64,000 nt of DNA from an uncultured archaeon (GCA_964430885.1 CAYSHM010000001.1:160001-224000); one strand, 5' to 3'. Positions 50,001 to 60,438 are shown, numbered from the stretch's first letter. Numbers and translations: made by a program. The notes: generated by a model not told the origin, from the letters alone.

Positions 50001-52525
50001 TGGGCTTTTCAGAATACGTCCGCCCCACTAATAAATTCATACTGGATACTACAGCACCGGTAGTTGTAAAATCCATTGTCGGCGAGACCCACGAATTTGC
50101 TGAAACGGGATTTTTGCATATCAGGCCATCAGGTGCGATACTTTTGAGCAGTTCAGACCTTGAAGATGAAAACCCTCAATGCGGAGTATTAAAAACTTGG
50201 TATTCTGTAGACGGCCAGTACAGCGAAGGTGAACTTATTGACCTTGAAAGGATGGAGGCGGGTTTAAGGAACATAACTATCGGTGCGGAGGATAATTTGG
50301 GTAACAACGGCACTTCCGAAGAATTTTCAATAATCATAGATGAGGACACCCCCCTCCCACCCGCATTTGAACTATCCACTAACCTTACCAGATTTGAGAA
50401 TCTTCTTATAGAAGGTGTAATACCCCTGGATTCAATTCTTACTGTAATCGTGAACTATGATTATGACAATCCCTACACTGCGGCCCCTGATTCCAGAGCA
50501 GGAGGTCAATTCTCAATTTATGTTGTTCTGCAGCTGGGAGAAAATACAATAATAGCTCAATTGGAGGATCCCTTTGGAAGAACATCTCAATGGTCGGACC
50601 CGCAAAAAGCGGTATTGGATCAGGATGCACCCGTTATTGTGGGGACCGTTCCCGAAATGAATGAGACCGATGTTTCCATCCAGACGCCGATTGAGATTGA
50701 GTTTGATGAATCAGTGAGCGATGTTACTATTGAACTGTTCTACAGGTACAGGTCTCAAGGATCTCCCAGCACTTGGGAGGTTGTGGACGGGTCAACGGTA
50801 TACAGTTCCGGGGATACATCAGTGTTCTTCATTCCCGATTCCCCCCTCCAGAAGGAAGTGGGATACAGGGTTGAAACAACAGTCAAGGATATTGCCGGCA
50901 ATTTCGGAGATGTATATTTATTCGATAGATTTGACAGTTCATCCTATAGTTTCAAGACTGAACCCAAACAGCACAACTACCTTGAAACTAAATATCTGGG
51001 AATTCATATTTTGAAGATTGATTATTCTAGGGTGGGCGAGGCGATACCACATAACCAATTAATAACTGAATTGGATGTTCCCCACTCTCCGCCAGCGGAT
51101 AACTTGACTTTGGATGTTTATTTCTCAGTGAACTTTGACCTTGCGGTGTCAGTTGCGGATATCATATTGGATTATGAGCTCCGGCAGACATCCTCAGATA
51201 ATGATATCTATGACAAATATCAGCTTGGATTGTGTGATCTTGGAGAACTTACCTTTTTTTATATTAATAATGGAACCTGGAAAGAGCTTAATACACTGCA
51301 TGAGGTGGATGGAGAGATCAAGTATCAGTGGGATAGTCAAACCGGATATTCCCTTGTGATGGGAGTTTTTGTCCGCGATCTAGATTGGGACGGGGATCAA
51401 TATAGGAATGAAGATGATCTTTATCCCAGGAATCCCAATGAATGGATGGATGCTGACGGGGATGGTTTCGGTGATAATATTGCTGATCGTTTCCCTGGAA
51501 ATATGGATTATTGGGCGGACTCCGATGACGACGGTCTGCCGGATAATTGGGAACGGATTTTCGGATTGGACCCAAAAGACAGCGGGGATGGGATTGAGGA
51601 TCTTGACGGTGACGGAATGCCCAACAACAAGGAGTTCCTGAACTCCACTTATCCCAATAATTATGATTCGGATAATGATAGTATTCCCGACGGTTGGGAA
51701 TGGAACAATGGGTTTGACCCACTGGATTCATCCGATTCCCTGTTGGATAGTGATGGAGATGGAGCTACGAATCTGGAGGAGTATTTATCCGGAAGGAACC
51801 CGAATGTCAGTGATGTCCCCAAGGAGAAGAAAGAAGGCACCGATCCCGTTGCTGTCACCTTGATAGTATTATCCATTATCACGCTGCTTGCTGTTTTAGT
51901 ATACACCTTGATAACTAGGAAAAAGAGAATGTCAGTGATGAAACAGGAGTCGGGCCCAAAATATTTCAGGCTGGAAGACCTTGGTGAAATAGAGTATCCC
52001 GAGGATATATCATGGGGAGGCGGAAGGATCCGTCATGATCAGAAACCCCTTGAGGTCTATGACCTGGACTATTTGAAGAATATAGGGATCACAACAGGCG
52101 AGGACATCTATGGAAGGCCGAAGGATGTTTCAGGCAGACAAGTGCCCTATCCATACCGGGTTAGGGGTCCTGCAAGGGCATATTTCGATGATGATGACAT
52201 ATTCACAGCCCCTATATTCGAATGCTCCAATTGCGGGGAGACGGTGGGAATTGATGATAAGGAATGCGATGGCTGCGGAAGGGAATTCCAGGAAGATATT
52301 GAACCGGAGAAGGGATTGGAAAAGGAAGAGCTTGAAAAACTTCTATCCGCCTTGGAATCCTTCACCTGCTCGGAATGCGGAGAAGAAGTTGGACTCGACG
52401 ATAACAAGTGCCCAGAATGTGATTCAGTATTTGCCGGAGCGGATGAGATGGTTTGTTCAGGTTGCGTAGCAGTTGTAAAAGGGAATGCGGAAAGCTGCCC
52501 AGAATGTGAAGCAGAGTTTGAATAA
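47024..52525 (+). CDS. Surface protein: beta-helix, Ig-like repeats, DxDxDG Ca-binding repeats, TM, three cytoplasmic zinc ribbons
   Basis: Beta-helix repeats, D-x-AP Ig boundaries, DSDDDGLPDNWE repeats, TM then RKKR, CSNC/CDGC, CSEC/CPEC, CSGC/CPEC; ATG after GGTGA. Confidence 0.87.
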   Translation: MKGAWNNNPTAVSRASFRRRITVYYFVFMLIFTGYNFFSFEITPVLAQGPEDYTIPEGDVFYLDDLVTYSNGSVTNDTNVFIVHSNITLPWNSTLKINSSTVLKFNTGKSMFVWGKLIIDGQPGSHVYVTSNSSQPFKGIRILSNTTTSYINNTIINNATEPLVLINTTLELLNITIDTSAENAISIYNSTFVFNDGLVNGSGTGILGDMVNDITIKNVTFSNLAAGIQINDFLLNATLDIMDINMYNITSRGLQTNSNFNYSILISTLNISDAGHGLSLIGGNFTMANSTVTGKGDGMGMEVQDLIAMAGFNISIEGFDTGVQAKNISWCHIDMITLQNLTNGVLLKEMNNTGISNVTISQISSAGIGVNASREINLLGLDISDCPFGVHFKSSININIGNAVIGDTQYGIAFLDSEGINLEEIDIDDATFSGIHIQNSSVEAWMGISINNTSDGIIGERVTDFYIEQFHSVFITNCSNYGYEFFNSSMINISGQSLWNDIGGGVHYKNVSSINIMDMEVYTPLSYPVNINNTLSPLAQANIQDSHILNGSGGILLRGNMTDRTSVRITNTTFSDYGEEYLNATNANITSLNSTFVQEEIWLNYSNMYIEFFLNADISNLCGTDLLMNNITVIASDNITKQVYPGNNLGEYRWLNITFGMINATNTTNYTFYSPLTVHPQEIGYEGDNETISQFQNHHLSFSMRDIMAPMTEYMIKHFVGTVTYILNETSTISLIADDTGGCGGCTIFYNINWSQGETGIMPYAGNITPYNSSGEVEGNYTMEFYSRDSAGNTEETQILHLYVDTSPPLLNDVDIKDGYRDDIAHIWNLSSTSEITLNYTDVSDILYYWYYINGIYYQSPFPTFIIASEFMGIPDGTYTIMFGAMDNLGHNTTGANITIVLDNTAPEVIEWFSHSIVDLDDSQFFVANSTVFNLTGTDALCGLKRIYFRLDGYDYDYTVNLTIGDMVSGMDIGDREGAHILLIGAEDNLGNMGFSEYVRPTNKFILDTTAPVVVKSIVGETHEFAETGFLHIRPSGAILLSSSDLEDENPQCGVLKTWYSVDGQYSEGELIDLERMEAGLRNITIGAEDNLGNNGTSEEFSIIIDEDTPLPPAFELSTNLTRFENLLIEGVIPLDSILTVIVNYDYDNPYTAAPDSRAGGQFSIYVVLQLGENTIIAQLEDPFGRTSQWSDPQKAVLDQDAPVIVGTVPEMNETDVSIQTPIEIEFDESVSDVTIELFYRYRSQGSPSTWEVVDGSTVYSSGDTSVFFIPDSPLQKEVGYRVETTVKDIAGNFGDVYLFDRFDSSSYSFKTEPKQHNYLETKYLGIHILKIDYSRVGEAIPHNQLITELDVPHSPPADNLTLDVYFSVNFDLAVSVADIILDYELRQTSSDNDIYDKYQLGLCDLGELTFFYINNGTWKELNTLHEVDGEIKYQWDSQTGYSLVMGVFVRDLDWDGDQYRNEDDLYPRNPNEWMDADGDGFGDNIADRFPGNMDYWADSDDDGLPDNWERIFGLDPKDSGDGIEDLDGDGMPNNKEFLNSTYPNNYDSDNDSIPDGWEWNNGFDPLDSSDSLLDSDGDGATNLEEYLSGRNPNVSDVPKEKKEGTDPVAVTLIVLSIITLLAVLVYTLITRKKRMSVMKQESGPKYFRLEDLGEIEYPEDISWGGGRIRHDQKPLEVYDLDYLKNIGITTGEDIYGRPKDVSGRQVPYPYRVRGPARAYFDDDDIFTAPIFECSNCGETVGIDDKECDGCGREFQEDIEPEKGLEKEELEKLLSALESFTCSECGEEVGLDDNKCPECDSVFAGADEMVCSGCVAVVKGNAESCPECEAEFE

Positions 52526-52629
52526 AACTATTATTTCATAGATATAAGATCATAATAATTCACTTCGAAAGTTAATGTTACATTGATGATGTGGAATGAT
52601 GATGTATCAAAGTACTTGGGAGGCTATGA

Positions 52630-55600
52630 ATGAGTGTTACCAAAGATTTGTTTAAAAGCAAGATGAGGTATAATGGAATTTTATCAGTTAAAAAGGATTT
52701 AGTGGCATATATTATGCTCGTAGCCTTGATTTTGAATCCTTTATTCCTTGTCATATCAACTGATTTCGCAGGAGCCGATGATGTGGAACCTCCTGCTCAG
52801 AAAACATTTTATTTCAGAGATCCCGGTCAGTTATCAGAGGATGCACCCTTTGAAGCGGTCCATCAGGTTTTGACCATTCCCCGCTCATTACCTCGAAACC
52901 AATGGAGAGAAGTAGGAACCTGGTCCTATGTTGTACCTGAGGAAAGAGCCGGAGTTCAAGGCGTTGCGACCTACTCTTATACCGTAAAGAACGCGGCAGC
53001 TACACCTGTCCCACAGCTTGAACTGAATTTCACACTAAAAGCGGATAATGCTGTGATCGAAGAAACTGTTGTGACCCTCCGAGCCCTGGCCCCGGGACGA
53101 GCCAGAACGTATACCGCTTCTTCAAATATTCCTCAAACCTATCTTACTAGAGACAAATCACTTATCGTCCAGTTATCTGCAAGGACCCCCAGCAATGATC
53201 TTAGGTTCTTTTATGACTCTAGATTTTTTGATACGGCGCTTTCCATTGATTATTCTGAAGCCAATTTTCTACCCGCGGTCAATGCTGGAAACGATGTAAC
53301 AGTAAGGGAAGGAACAATGGTGGACCTGCAGGGAACTGCTTCTGATCAGGATGGCAATATTGTTCAGTATCAGTGGGATTTCGAGGGTGATGGAATTTTT
53401 GATTGGAGCTCCCAGAGAACAGGTTATACTTCCCATATGTACGGGATTCCCGGAGTGTTCACTGCCACCCTGAAAGTGACTGACGATGACAATGGTACGG
53501 CAGAGGATTCCTTGGTAGTTACGGTAAATCGAAATCAGATACCTACAGTCACTATAGATTCCCCTGATGACGGTCAGGAGGTTAACGGAAGCATAGTGAT
53601 AACAGGAACTGCACATGATTCTGATGGAACGATTCAGGATGTTTGGTTATCCTTTGACGGTGGAAATTGGCACAGGGCGGTAGGTACGGCCAATTGGACC
53701 GCAGTGTGGGATACCACCTTGGTGGTTGAAGGGATTCATGTGATATCAGTCAGAACCAATGATTCCATCGATTATTCCGAGGTCGTGTCCATCCAGGTCT
53801 TGGTCAACAACAGCGGGGTGAATCCTCGGCCTGTATGTGATATAATATCAATATTGCCTAATCCTGCCTTCAAGCTTGACAGGGTTGAGTTCATAGGTGA
53901 CGGTACTGATGATGGACAGATAGTCACCTGGCGCTGGACCTCCTCCATTGACGGAGTGATCTCCTCAGAACAGAGTTTCCTGTCTTCAAACCAGCCTTCT
54001 TTGACTCCGGGGAATCACACCATATATCTTAGGGTCAAGGATAATAACGGCACTTGGTCCGATTCGGTTTCCGAAGAACTGGTTATTTGGGAGTATTCTC
54101 GTCCACATCAGATAACTGAAGACCCCAACCAGGATAGACATTCATCCACGATTAATGATGAGGGAGGAGTTTTTTGGAGTGCCTGGACATCTAAAAGGGA
54201 TGGGGATTGGGATATCTATGTGAAAAGCTCAATAAACGGTGTTGATTGGGCAGACATCATCAAGATCACCAATAATTCCTTTTCTGACACGGAACCCAGT
54301 ATGATACAGCTGGCAAACAGAACCTACGTTATTGCCTATGCGAGCGATGTCCAAGGCAGTTATGATATATATGTTCAGTATTCAAGATGGGGCGGCTATT
54401 GGTCAGAACCCGTTAGGGTAACGGATTCACCTTTGGATGAAAGAGAACCTTTTATCTTTCAAAGGTCTGACGGTAAGATATTCCTGGCCTACACTGTAGA
54501 TGAGCCTGCGCCAGTTGGATCAACAATTATGATCAAGAAGGGCAACAATATTTTCACATATCCTTCCACAAAGACAGCTGTTACAGGAATGCCCATGAAT
54601 ATCCAGCCGGTCCTGACCGAGAACACTGATGGAAATATTTCTATTCTGTTCAGCAGTGATAGGTCCGGCAATTATGAGATATGGGAGACCATCTTTGTGA
54701 ATGATTTCAATTTCACAACACCCCGAAGAATATCATTCACAATTCTCGATAATTATTACCCCTTTATTTTCAAGGATTCTTCATCGGTTTACCGGCTTGT
54801 TTATTCGGATTCCAACGGTGATATACATTCCTGGAAATCACAGGATGTTGTCAATTTCGGCGATTACGAAGCAATAAATACCGAACAGGAAAACTCGGTG
54901 GACTCGTGTCTCCTTCAGGATGGGGATGGCAGTTACTGGTTGACATGGGATAGCGATGACAGCGGAAATTGGGAGGTGTACTCCTTGACATTTGCAGGGA
55001 ATTCCCCTCCGCATGCCATCATCACATCACCCATCGAGGGAGAGAGTTATTTCACTTCCGACAGTATCGAGTTCGACGGGAGCGATACCTATGATCCTGA
55101 CGGCGATGAGGAATTGGATACATATCTATGGGAGTCGGATAGATCCGGAGAGCTGTCCACATCTGTAACCTTCCAGCAGAATCTTGAAGAGGGTATGCAT
55201 AATATCACTCTTACGGTTACCGACACGAAGGAGGCAAGCTCACGGGCTGAAGTGACCATAACGGTGACAATGATCCCCAATTCACCACCTACGGCTGATG
55301 CGGGAGATGATAAATCCGGGAAGGTAAATGAGGACATTAGTTTCGACGGGAGCGCATCCACGGATCCTGACGGCGATACTCTCTCTTATCATTGGGATTT
55401 TGACGGCGACGGTATTTGGGATGACCACAACAAGACCACAACTCATGCTTTTGAACAGGTTGGCACGTATTATATTGCATTGATGGTAGAGGACACAAGC
55501 GGTGCAAATGACACGGATAATATGACAGTTACGATAGTAGAAAATCTTCCGCCGACTGCATTGATAACCATTATTGATGCGGGAGATCCTCCTTTGGTTA

Positions 55601-57906
55601 ATGTGAATACAACCATAGATTTCGACGCTTCATCTTCCAGCGATCCGGATGATGAGACACTCTACTACAGCTGGGATTTTAACGGCGACGGAGAAGAGGA
55701 TTCCCAAAGCAGCGACCCCTCCCACAAATACACTGAACCAGGGGTATATACGGTTACACTTACGGTGACTGATCCCTATGAAGCCAATGCCACGGACAGC
55801 GTGGAGATTACTATAAATAAACCTCCGGTTGCCAGAATGGAGGGCTCGGAAACGGGATATTCAGGTGAAGAAATTACATTCAACGGAGCAGCTTCTTCCG
55901 ATGAAGACGATGATCTCCTCACCTATGAATGGGATTTCCAGAGCGATGGTGAAATAGATGGTCAAGGTGTTGAGGTCACGCATATATTTGAGGAGGCAGG
56001 AGAGTATATTGTTGTCCTTTGGGTATTTGACGGAAGAGGCGGAAAGGATACTGCAGAATTGGAGATAGTGATAGGAGTAAGGAACACCCATCCAGTAGCT
56101 CATGCGGGTGAAGATTTCATGGTGAATCTGGATGTGGAATTCCAGTTTAACGGGACTCTATCCTACGATCCTGATGATGATATTGGCGGAAACGGAAAGA
56201 TAGACGGTGATGAGGTTGACAATCTAACCTACAGCTGGAATGCTGGAGATAGTGATATGGTCACTGGGATAATGGCTGAGCATTCCTATGCGAAAGCCGG
56301 GGAGTTCATTGCAATGCTCACGGTAACCGATGCTGACGGCCTTGAGGCCCATGACAATGTAACAGTTACGGTAAATACGCCTCCGGAAGCTGCATTGAAC
56401 TTGGAAACTACCGGTGATATATTCGAGGATGAGCAGCTCTCGTTCTCAGCCGCGGATTCAAGCGACGCCGATGGTGATACTCTATCCTATTATTGGGACT
56501 TTGATTCATCTGATGGAGCGAGTGCTGACCTAGATCCCGATTCCATCAAGGAATCACCCACACATATATATGAGGAACCCGGGACCTTTACGGTAACTTT
56601 GATAGTTGATGATGGCAGGGGCGGAAATAGTACAATATCAATAGATGTGGTCATAAAGGAGATTGAGGAAGAGGTGGAACTGGATACTCCGTCCATAACC
56701 ATTACTGATCCCGATGATGGAGATAAAATAGCATCCTCCGTCCGTAAGATAACGGTGACCTGTACGGCTGAAGGAGATTTTATTGATAAGCTTATAGTTT
56801 ATCTGCTGAAAGGCGATGATGAAGAATACAAGAAAGAGTTCACCTCAGGGTTTGATGAGATTTCAGTTGAGATCAACAAGCCTAGCCAACCAGGAGATTA
56901 CGAGATTTTCGTTGAACTCATCAGCAAGGATCATTCATCCTATTATGCTTGGGCTTCGGTCAATATTACCGTATCCCAGACCATTAGACCGAATACTGGC
57001 GGCGGTGATGAAGAGACCGATGAAGGCGTCAAGTTGATCCCGTTCCTGCCAGCAGGGGCCGTTGCACAATATGGAAGCATTGCGGTGGTAGTTGTAATTT
57101 TGATATTGGTAATATTCTTTGGCGTCATCAGAAGGAAAAAGAGGGGGAACGAAAGTGATGATGAAGCTGATGAAGATATTATGGAGGTGGAGGTAGTTGA
57201 GGCCGAGCCCTTAGAAGAGGAGTATGAGATCACTCCTGAGGATATTAGGGCAAGGATGGAACCTTTAACCCAAATAATATTATGTCCGGAATGCGATAAT
57301 ACATTTGAGGTGAAGGATTTCGGAGAGCGTCCAATGGTCATGGAGTGTTCCTGCGGTGCCAAAGGACAGGTGGATACGCCAGTTCCAGATTTGTTGAAAG
57401 TGCGTATGGAAAATATCAGGGAAGAGCTGGAATCCGAACTTCGGGGTGCCCATGAGAAGGACGGCGTAAAGGTGAAGATCAGATGCCCTGAGTGCCAGGC
57501 CGCTTTCAATGTGAAGGAGAGAACCGATATCGAATGTCCTGAATGCAGTGCAAAGGGTGATATACCTCAATCCGAGTTCGACAGGTTGGTTGAACGTGCT
57601 AAAAAGAAGGATTCCCCGAATGATTCATCAAAGGATTCTCAGTCCGATGAAGGAGAAGGTTCAGCAGATAAGCGGCCTGACACCTCGATAGATAGTTCTC
57701 CTGAAAAAACATCCTCGGATGATGAAGATCAATCAGGCAGCAAGGATGATAAGGATGAAGAAGAAAAGGATTCCGATGATGATGAATCCGGAGATTCATC
57801 CACAATTAAGGTTGAATGTCCCAAATGCTCCACCGAATTTCAGGTGGATTCTTCAGCAAAGAAGATCAAATGTCCTAGCTGCGGTGCCAAGGGAAAAATG
57901 GGTTAG
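52630..57906 (+). CDS. Surface protein: PKD domains, beta-propeller (BNR/TolB-like repeats), TM, cytoplasmic zinc ribbons and acidic linker
   Basis: SxDPDGDxLxYxWDF repeats, SxRxGxxDIY repeats, TM then RRKKR, CPEC/CSC, CPEC/CPEC, CPKC/CPSC. Confidence 0.88.
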   Translation: MSVTKDLFKSKMRYNGILSVKKDLVAYIMLVALILNPLFLVISTDFAGADDVEPPAQKTFYFRDPGQLSEDAPFEAVHQVLTIPRSLPRNQWREVGTWSYVVPEERAGVQGVATYSYTVKNAAATPVPQLELNFTLKADNAVIEETVVTLRALAPGRARTYTASSNIPQTYLTRDKSLIVQLSARTPSNDLRFFYDSRFFDTALSIDYSEANFLPAVNAGNDVTVREGTMVDLQGTASDQDGNIVQYQWDFEGDGIFDWSSQRTGYTSHMYGIPGVFTATLKVTDDDNGTAEDSLVVTVNRNQIPTVTIDSPDDGQEVNGSIVITGTAHDSDGTIQDVWLSFDGGNWHRAVGTANWTAVWDTTLVVEGIHVISVRTNDSIDYSEVVSIQVLVNNSGVNPRPVCDIISILPNPAFKLDRVEFIGDGTDDGQIVTWRWTSSIDGVISSEQSFLSSNQPSLTPGNHTIYLRVKDNNGTWSDSVSEELVIWEYSRPHQITEDPNQDRHSSTINDEGGVFWSAWTSKRDGDWDIYVKSSINGVDWADIIKITNNSFSDTEPSMIQLANRTYVIAYASDVQGSYDIYVQYSRWGGYWSEPVRVTDSPLDEREPFIFQRSDGKIFLAYTVDEPAPVGSTIMIKKGNNIFTYPSTKTAVTGMPMNIQPVLTENTDGNISILFSSDRSGNYEIWETIFVNDFNFTTPRRISFTILDNYYPFIFKDSSSVYRLVYSDSNGDIHSWKSQDVVNFGDYEAINTEQENSVDSCLLQDGDGSYWLTWDSDDSGNWEVYSLTFAGNSPPHAIITSPIEGESYFTSDSIEFDGSDTYDPDGDEELDTYLWESDRSGELSTSVTFQQNLEEGMHNITLTVTDTKEASSRAEVTITVTMIPNSPPTADAGDDKSGKVNEDISFDGSASTDPDGDTLSYHWDFDGDGIWDDHNKTTTHAFEQVGTYYIALMVEDTSGANDTDNMTVTIVENLPPTALITIIDAGDPPLVNVNTTIDFDASSSSDPDDETLYYSWDFNGDGEEDSQSSDPSHKYTEPGVYTVTLTVTDPYEANATDSVEITINKPPVARMEGSETGYSGEEITFNGAASSDEDDDLLTYEWDFQSDGEIDGQGVEVTHIFEEAGEYIVVLWVFDGRGGKDTAELEIVIGVRNTHPVAHAGEDFMVNLDVEFQFNGTLSYDPDDDIGGNGKIDGDEVDNLTYSWNAGDSDMVTGIMAEHSYAKAGEFIAMLTVTDADGLEAHDNVTVTVNTPPEAALNLETTGDIFEDEQLSFSAADSSDADGDTLSYYWDFDSSDGASADLDPDSIKESPTHIYEEPGTFTVTLIVDDGRGGNSTISIDVVIKEIEEEVELDTPSITITDPDDGDKIASSVRKITVTCTAEGDFIDKLIVYLLKGDDEEYKKEFTSGFDEISVEINKPSQPGDYEIFVELISKDHSSYYAWASVNITVSQTIRPNTGGGDEETDEGVKLIPFLPAGAVAQYGSIAVVVVILILVIFFGVIRRKKRGNESDDEADEDIMEVEVVEAEPLEEEYEITPEDIRARMEPLTQIILCPECDNTFEVKDFGERPMVMECSCGAKGQVDTPVPDLLKVRMENIREELESELRGAHEKDGVKVKIRCPECQAAFNVKERTDIECPECSAKGDIPQSEFDRLVERAKKKDSPNDSSKDSQSDEGEGSADKRPDTSIDSSPEKTSSDDEDQSGSKDDKDEEEKDSDDDESGDSSTIKVECPKCSTEFQVDSSAKKIKCPSCGAKGKMG

Positions 57907-58035
57907 ATTTGCAGGTGAACTGCATTGAATCTAAATGCGGGAGTATTAAAATGTGAAAACCAGAAGGTTTGATGATAGATTAAGAGGGAATGAAAGGTGC
58001 AGGGATATAAAATTCAGTAATATTAACTCTGAAGA

Positions 58036-59343
58036 GTGAAAAACATGCCGGAACTGAACTATTACGAGATATTGGGAGTCACCCAAAAAACCAGTAAAGT
58101 TGATATTCGAAAGGCTTACCGAAAGATGGCCGAACTTTATCATCCCGATATGCTTGACTCTGCGGATCCGAAACTGGTCAAACTGGCAACCGAAGAGATG
58201 ATATTGATCAATGAGGCAAAGGATATACTCCTCGATAATAATTCAAGAAGGGAGTATGACATTTATCTACGAACGACCGATCAAACACAGTACCGGCCTA
58301 ATCAGGAAAACAGCCTGATACGTACAATTATACAAGCCCAGAACATACTCAGCGATGTGAAATCCCAGGGTATAAGGATACTTGAAGCAGAGAAATACTT
58401 TTTCCAGGCAAAATATGCTTTCCATAATCGGTATTATCATAAGGGTCTGAAACTTCTGAAATATGCGGTCATATCCGCAAGGGAAAAGGAATATGAGAAC
58501 ACAGTTGAGAAAATACTCCGCGCTCGGCGTAAGATTATGTCAGTGGAGATGAAGGGTTATAATGTAGAATCAGCAAAAAATATCCTAATGCAGGCAAAAC
58601 CAGCTATTCAGGAAGGGATGTACAAAGAAGCCCAAGATTTTGCCAAGGGTGCTCTTGAGGCCATAAAGAGAATACTTGAGATACAAACCCCTGTGCCTTT
58701 GGAACCCGAGATCACTGAACCCGCCAAACCATCTAGATTGAGAAGGGACCGGAAGGAATTCATAACTCGGCGGGATGATATGGTCAAGGGTATTGAAGAG
58801 GTTAGAAAAATGCTCATCTCTCAAAAGGCCATTTCTAGGCTGGATATGGAAAAGATGGAACGCTTGAAGGATTTCATCAATGAGATGCGCAGTCTTATCG
58901 AGGGCAGCTTTTCAACTGACAGGAATTTGTCAAAGTTGGAGATTGCTTTTAGATACAAGACCAGAATGATCACCTTTCAGAAAGAACGGGAGCTGGAAAA
59001 GGAAATCATATCTTCCATTCGTAACAAGTATGAAGGGAAGGTTCCGGGAATCAAGGATATCGATTTTTCCTTGGATGTGGAAGATTTGGGCGGAGTCGAT
59101 GAAAAAGACATTCCCACAGAGGATAAGGAGATAATCGAACCCGCCTGGGATGAGGATGCCAAGGCAAAGAAGGCTTTTGTTTACAAGGCGGTTCTAGAGC
59201 AGGCTTGGGACGACGGGATAGTGACCAATGATGAGGATGCTATGCTGAGACGTTTGAGAGAATCATTGGACCTTACGGACGATGAGCATAAGAATATTGA
59301 GAAGGATATAATCAAGAAAGCTCTCCTGGATGATTATACCTAG
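58036..59343 (+). CDS. DnaJ-domain protein with helical repeats and C-terminal TerB-like domain
   Basis: NYYEILGV...YHPD...INEAKDILLD; AWDDGIVTNDEDAMLRRLRESLDL; likely ATG start at 58045. Confidence 0.8.
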   Translation: MKNMPELNYYEILGVTQKTSKVDIRKAYRKMAELYHPDMLDSADPKLVKLATEEMILINEAKDILLDNNSRREYDIYLRTTDQTQYRPNQENSLIRTIIQAQNILSDVKSQGIRILEAEKYFFQAKYAFHNRYYHKGLKLLKYAVISAREKEYENTVEKILRARRKIMSVEMKGYNVESAKNILMQAKPAIQEGMYKEAQDFAKGALEAIKRILEIQTPVPLEPEITEPAKPSRLRRDRKEFITRRDDMVKGIEEVRKMLISQKAISRLDMEKMERLKDFINEMRSLIEGSFSTDRNLSKLEIAFRYKTRMITFQKERELEKEIISSIRNKYEGKVPGIKDIDFSLDVEDLGGVDEKDIPTEDKEIIEPAWDEDAKAKKAFVYKAVLEQAWDDGIVTNDEDAMLRRLRESLDLTDDEHKNIEKDIIKKALLDDYT

Positions 59344-59352
59344 TTAAATCTC

Positions 59353-60222
59353 CTATTTGACTACCACCATGGATCCGTAACCAACCGCCGAACTATCGGG
59401 TAAGATGTCATAAGATGTGGCATATTTCAGAAGCTTCACATCACTAGCCCTGTCCTTCAGGCCCATAAGCATTGCGGCGACGGCTCCCGGTCCGCACATG
59501 GATATTCCTTCGCTCTCCACCGTATCAAGAAGCCCGACCCCATCCATTTCGAGTATTGCGCCAATTGCCTTTTGGTCCTTCTCCTTGGCAAATTCGCCCG
59601 CGGTCATACCTGGAGGGACCTGTGTGCCGTAATTAAAACCGCAATGTGTGAAGTCGGTACTTGCCACTATCCCAACTTTCTTGGAATAATTTCTGAATGC
59701 CTCTTTGATGCCCTTAGCAAGAAGATTTGCTTTTTCATAGTTTTGCCTGTACATATTTATTGCAACCATAGAGAAATCCTCTTCAAAGTACTGGAAATAG
59801 GGCAATTGAACCTCAAGGGAGTGTTCATACCTGTGGGATGTATTATCTGTAGGGATCCCTATATCAGAGAATATTTCACCTATCTCCTCGTCAAAATCGA
59901 CCTTGCCTATGGGTGTTTTGAAATCCTCGTCCGCCATGGCAAGATCCCTGCCCCTGCCTGTATGATTGGGCCCGATTATCACAAGAGTGTCCGGTAGACC
60001 GCTTTCTATAAAAGCCTTTACAGAATGAGCGACGATGGGTCCTGAATAGTTATATCCCGCATGGGGGAATACCCCGCCCAAAACCTTTCCTCTGCCTATT
60101 CCTCTCTCGATCTCAGAAACAGGTCCCGGCCCTAGTTCATGCTGGAAGGATTTTTTGATGACTCTTTTCAATCTTCTTTTTTGAGAAGGATAAAAATGCC
60201 CTGCGACAGCGGGAAATCTCAT
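59353..60222 (-). CDS. MEMO1 family protein (AmmeMemoRadiSam protein B)
   Basis: RFPAVAGHFYP, PHAGYNYSG, GPNHTG, EHSLEVQLPY, ASTDFTH, SMCG, VGY. Confidence 0.93.
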   Translation of the reverse strand: MRFPAVAGHFYPSQKRRLKRVIKKSFQHELGPGPVSEIERGIGRGKVLGGVFPHAGYNYSGPIVAHSVKAFIESGLPDTLVIIGPNHTGRGRDLAMADEDFKTPIGKVDFDEEIGEIFSDIGIPTDNTSHRYEHSLEVQLPYFQYFEEDFSMVAINMYRQNYEKANLLAKGIKEAFRNYSKKVGIVASTDFTHCGFNYGTQVPPGMTAGEFAKEKDQKAIGAILEMDGVGLLDTVESEGISMCGPGAVAAMLMGLKDRASDVKLLKYATSYDILPDSSAVGYGSMVVVK

Positions 60223-60438
60223 ATTAAGCCTCCGATAAGTGCAATATCATATGCTTGATTTAATAAACTTATAGTGCGATGAAAAAATATTAATCGCTAT
60301 AGCAGAAAAATAAAGGACCTTTTTATTATTTAATATCATCGGCGTATGGAAAATTTTGAATACCATTTTTCTGAAAAAAGCAGGGGTTTGAACTTGTGGT
60401 TTATATCCCTTTTGGGCTGGTAAAAACCAGAAACAGGA

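Noticed and set aside
60380-60395. att-like tRNA fragment ggggtttgaac downstream of tRNA-Ser
   Set aside because: Short and mismatched to the tRNA 3' end; no integrase
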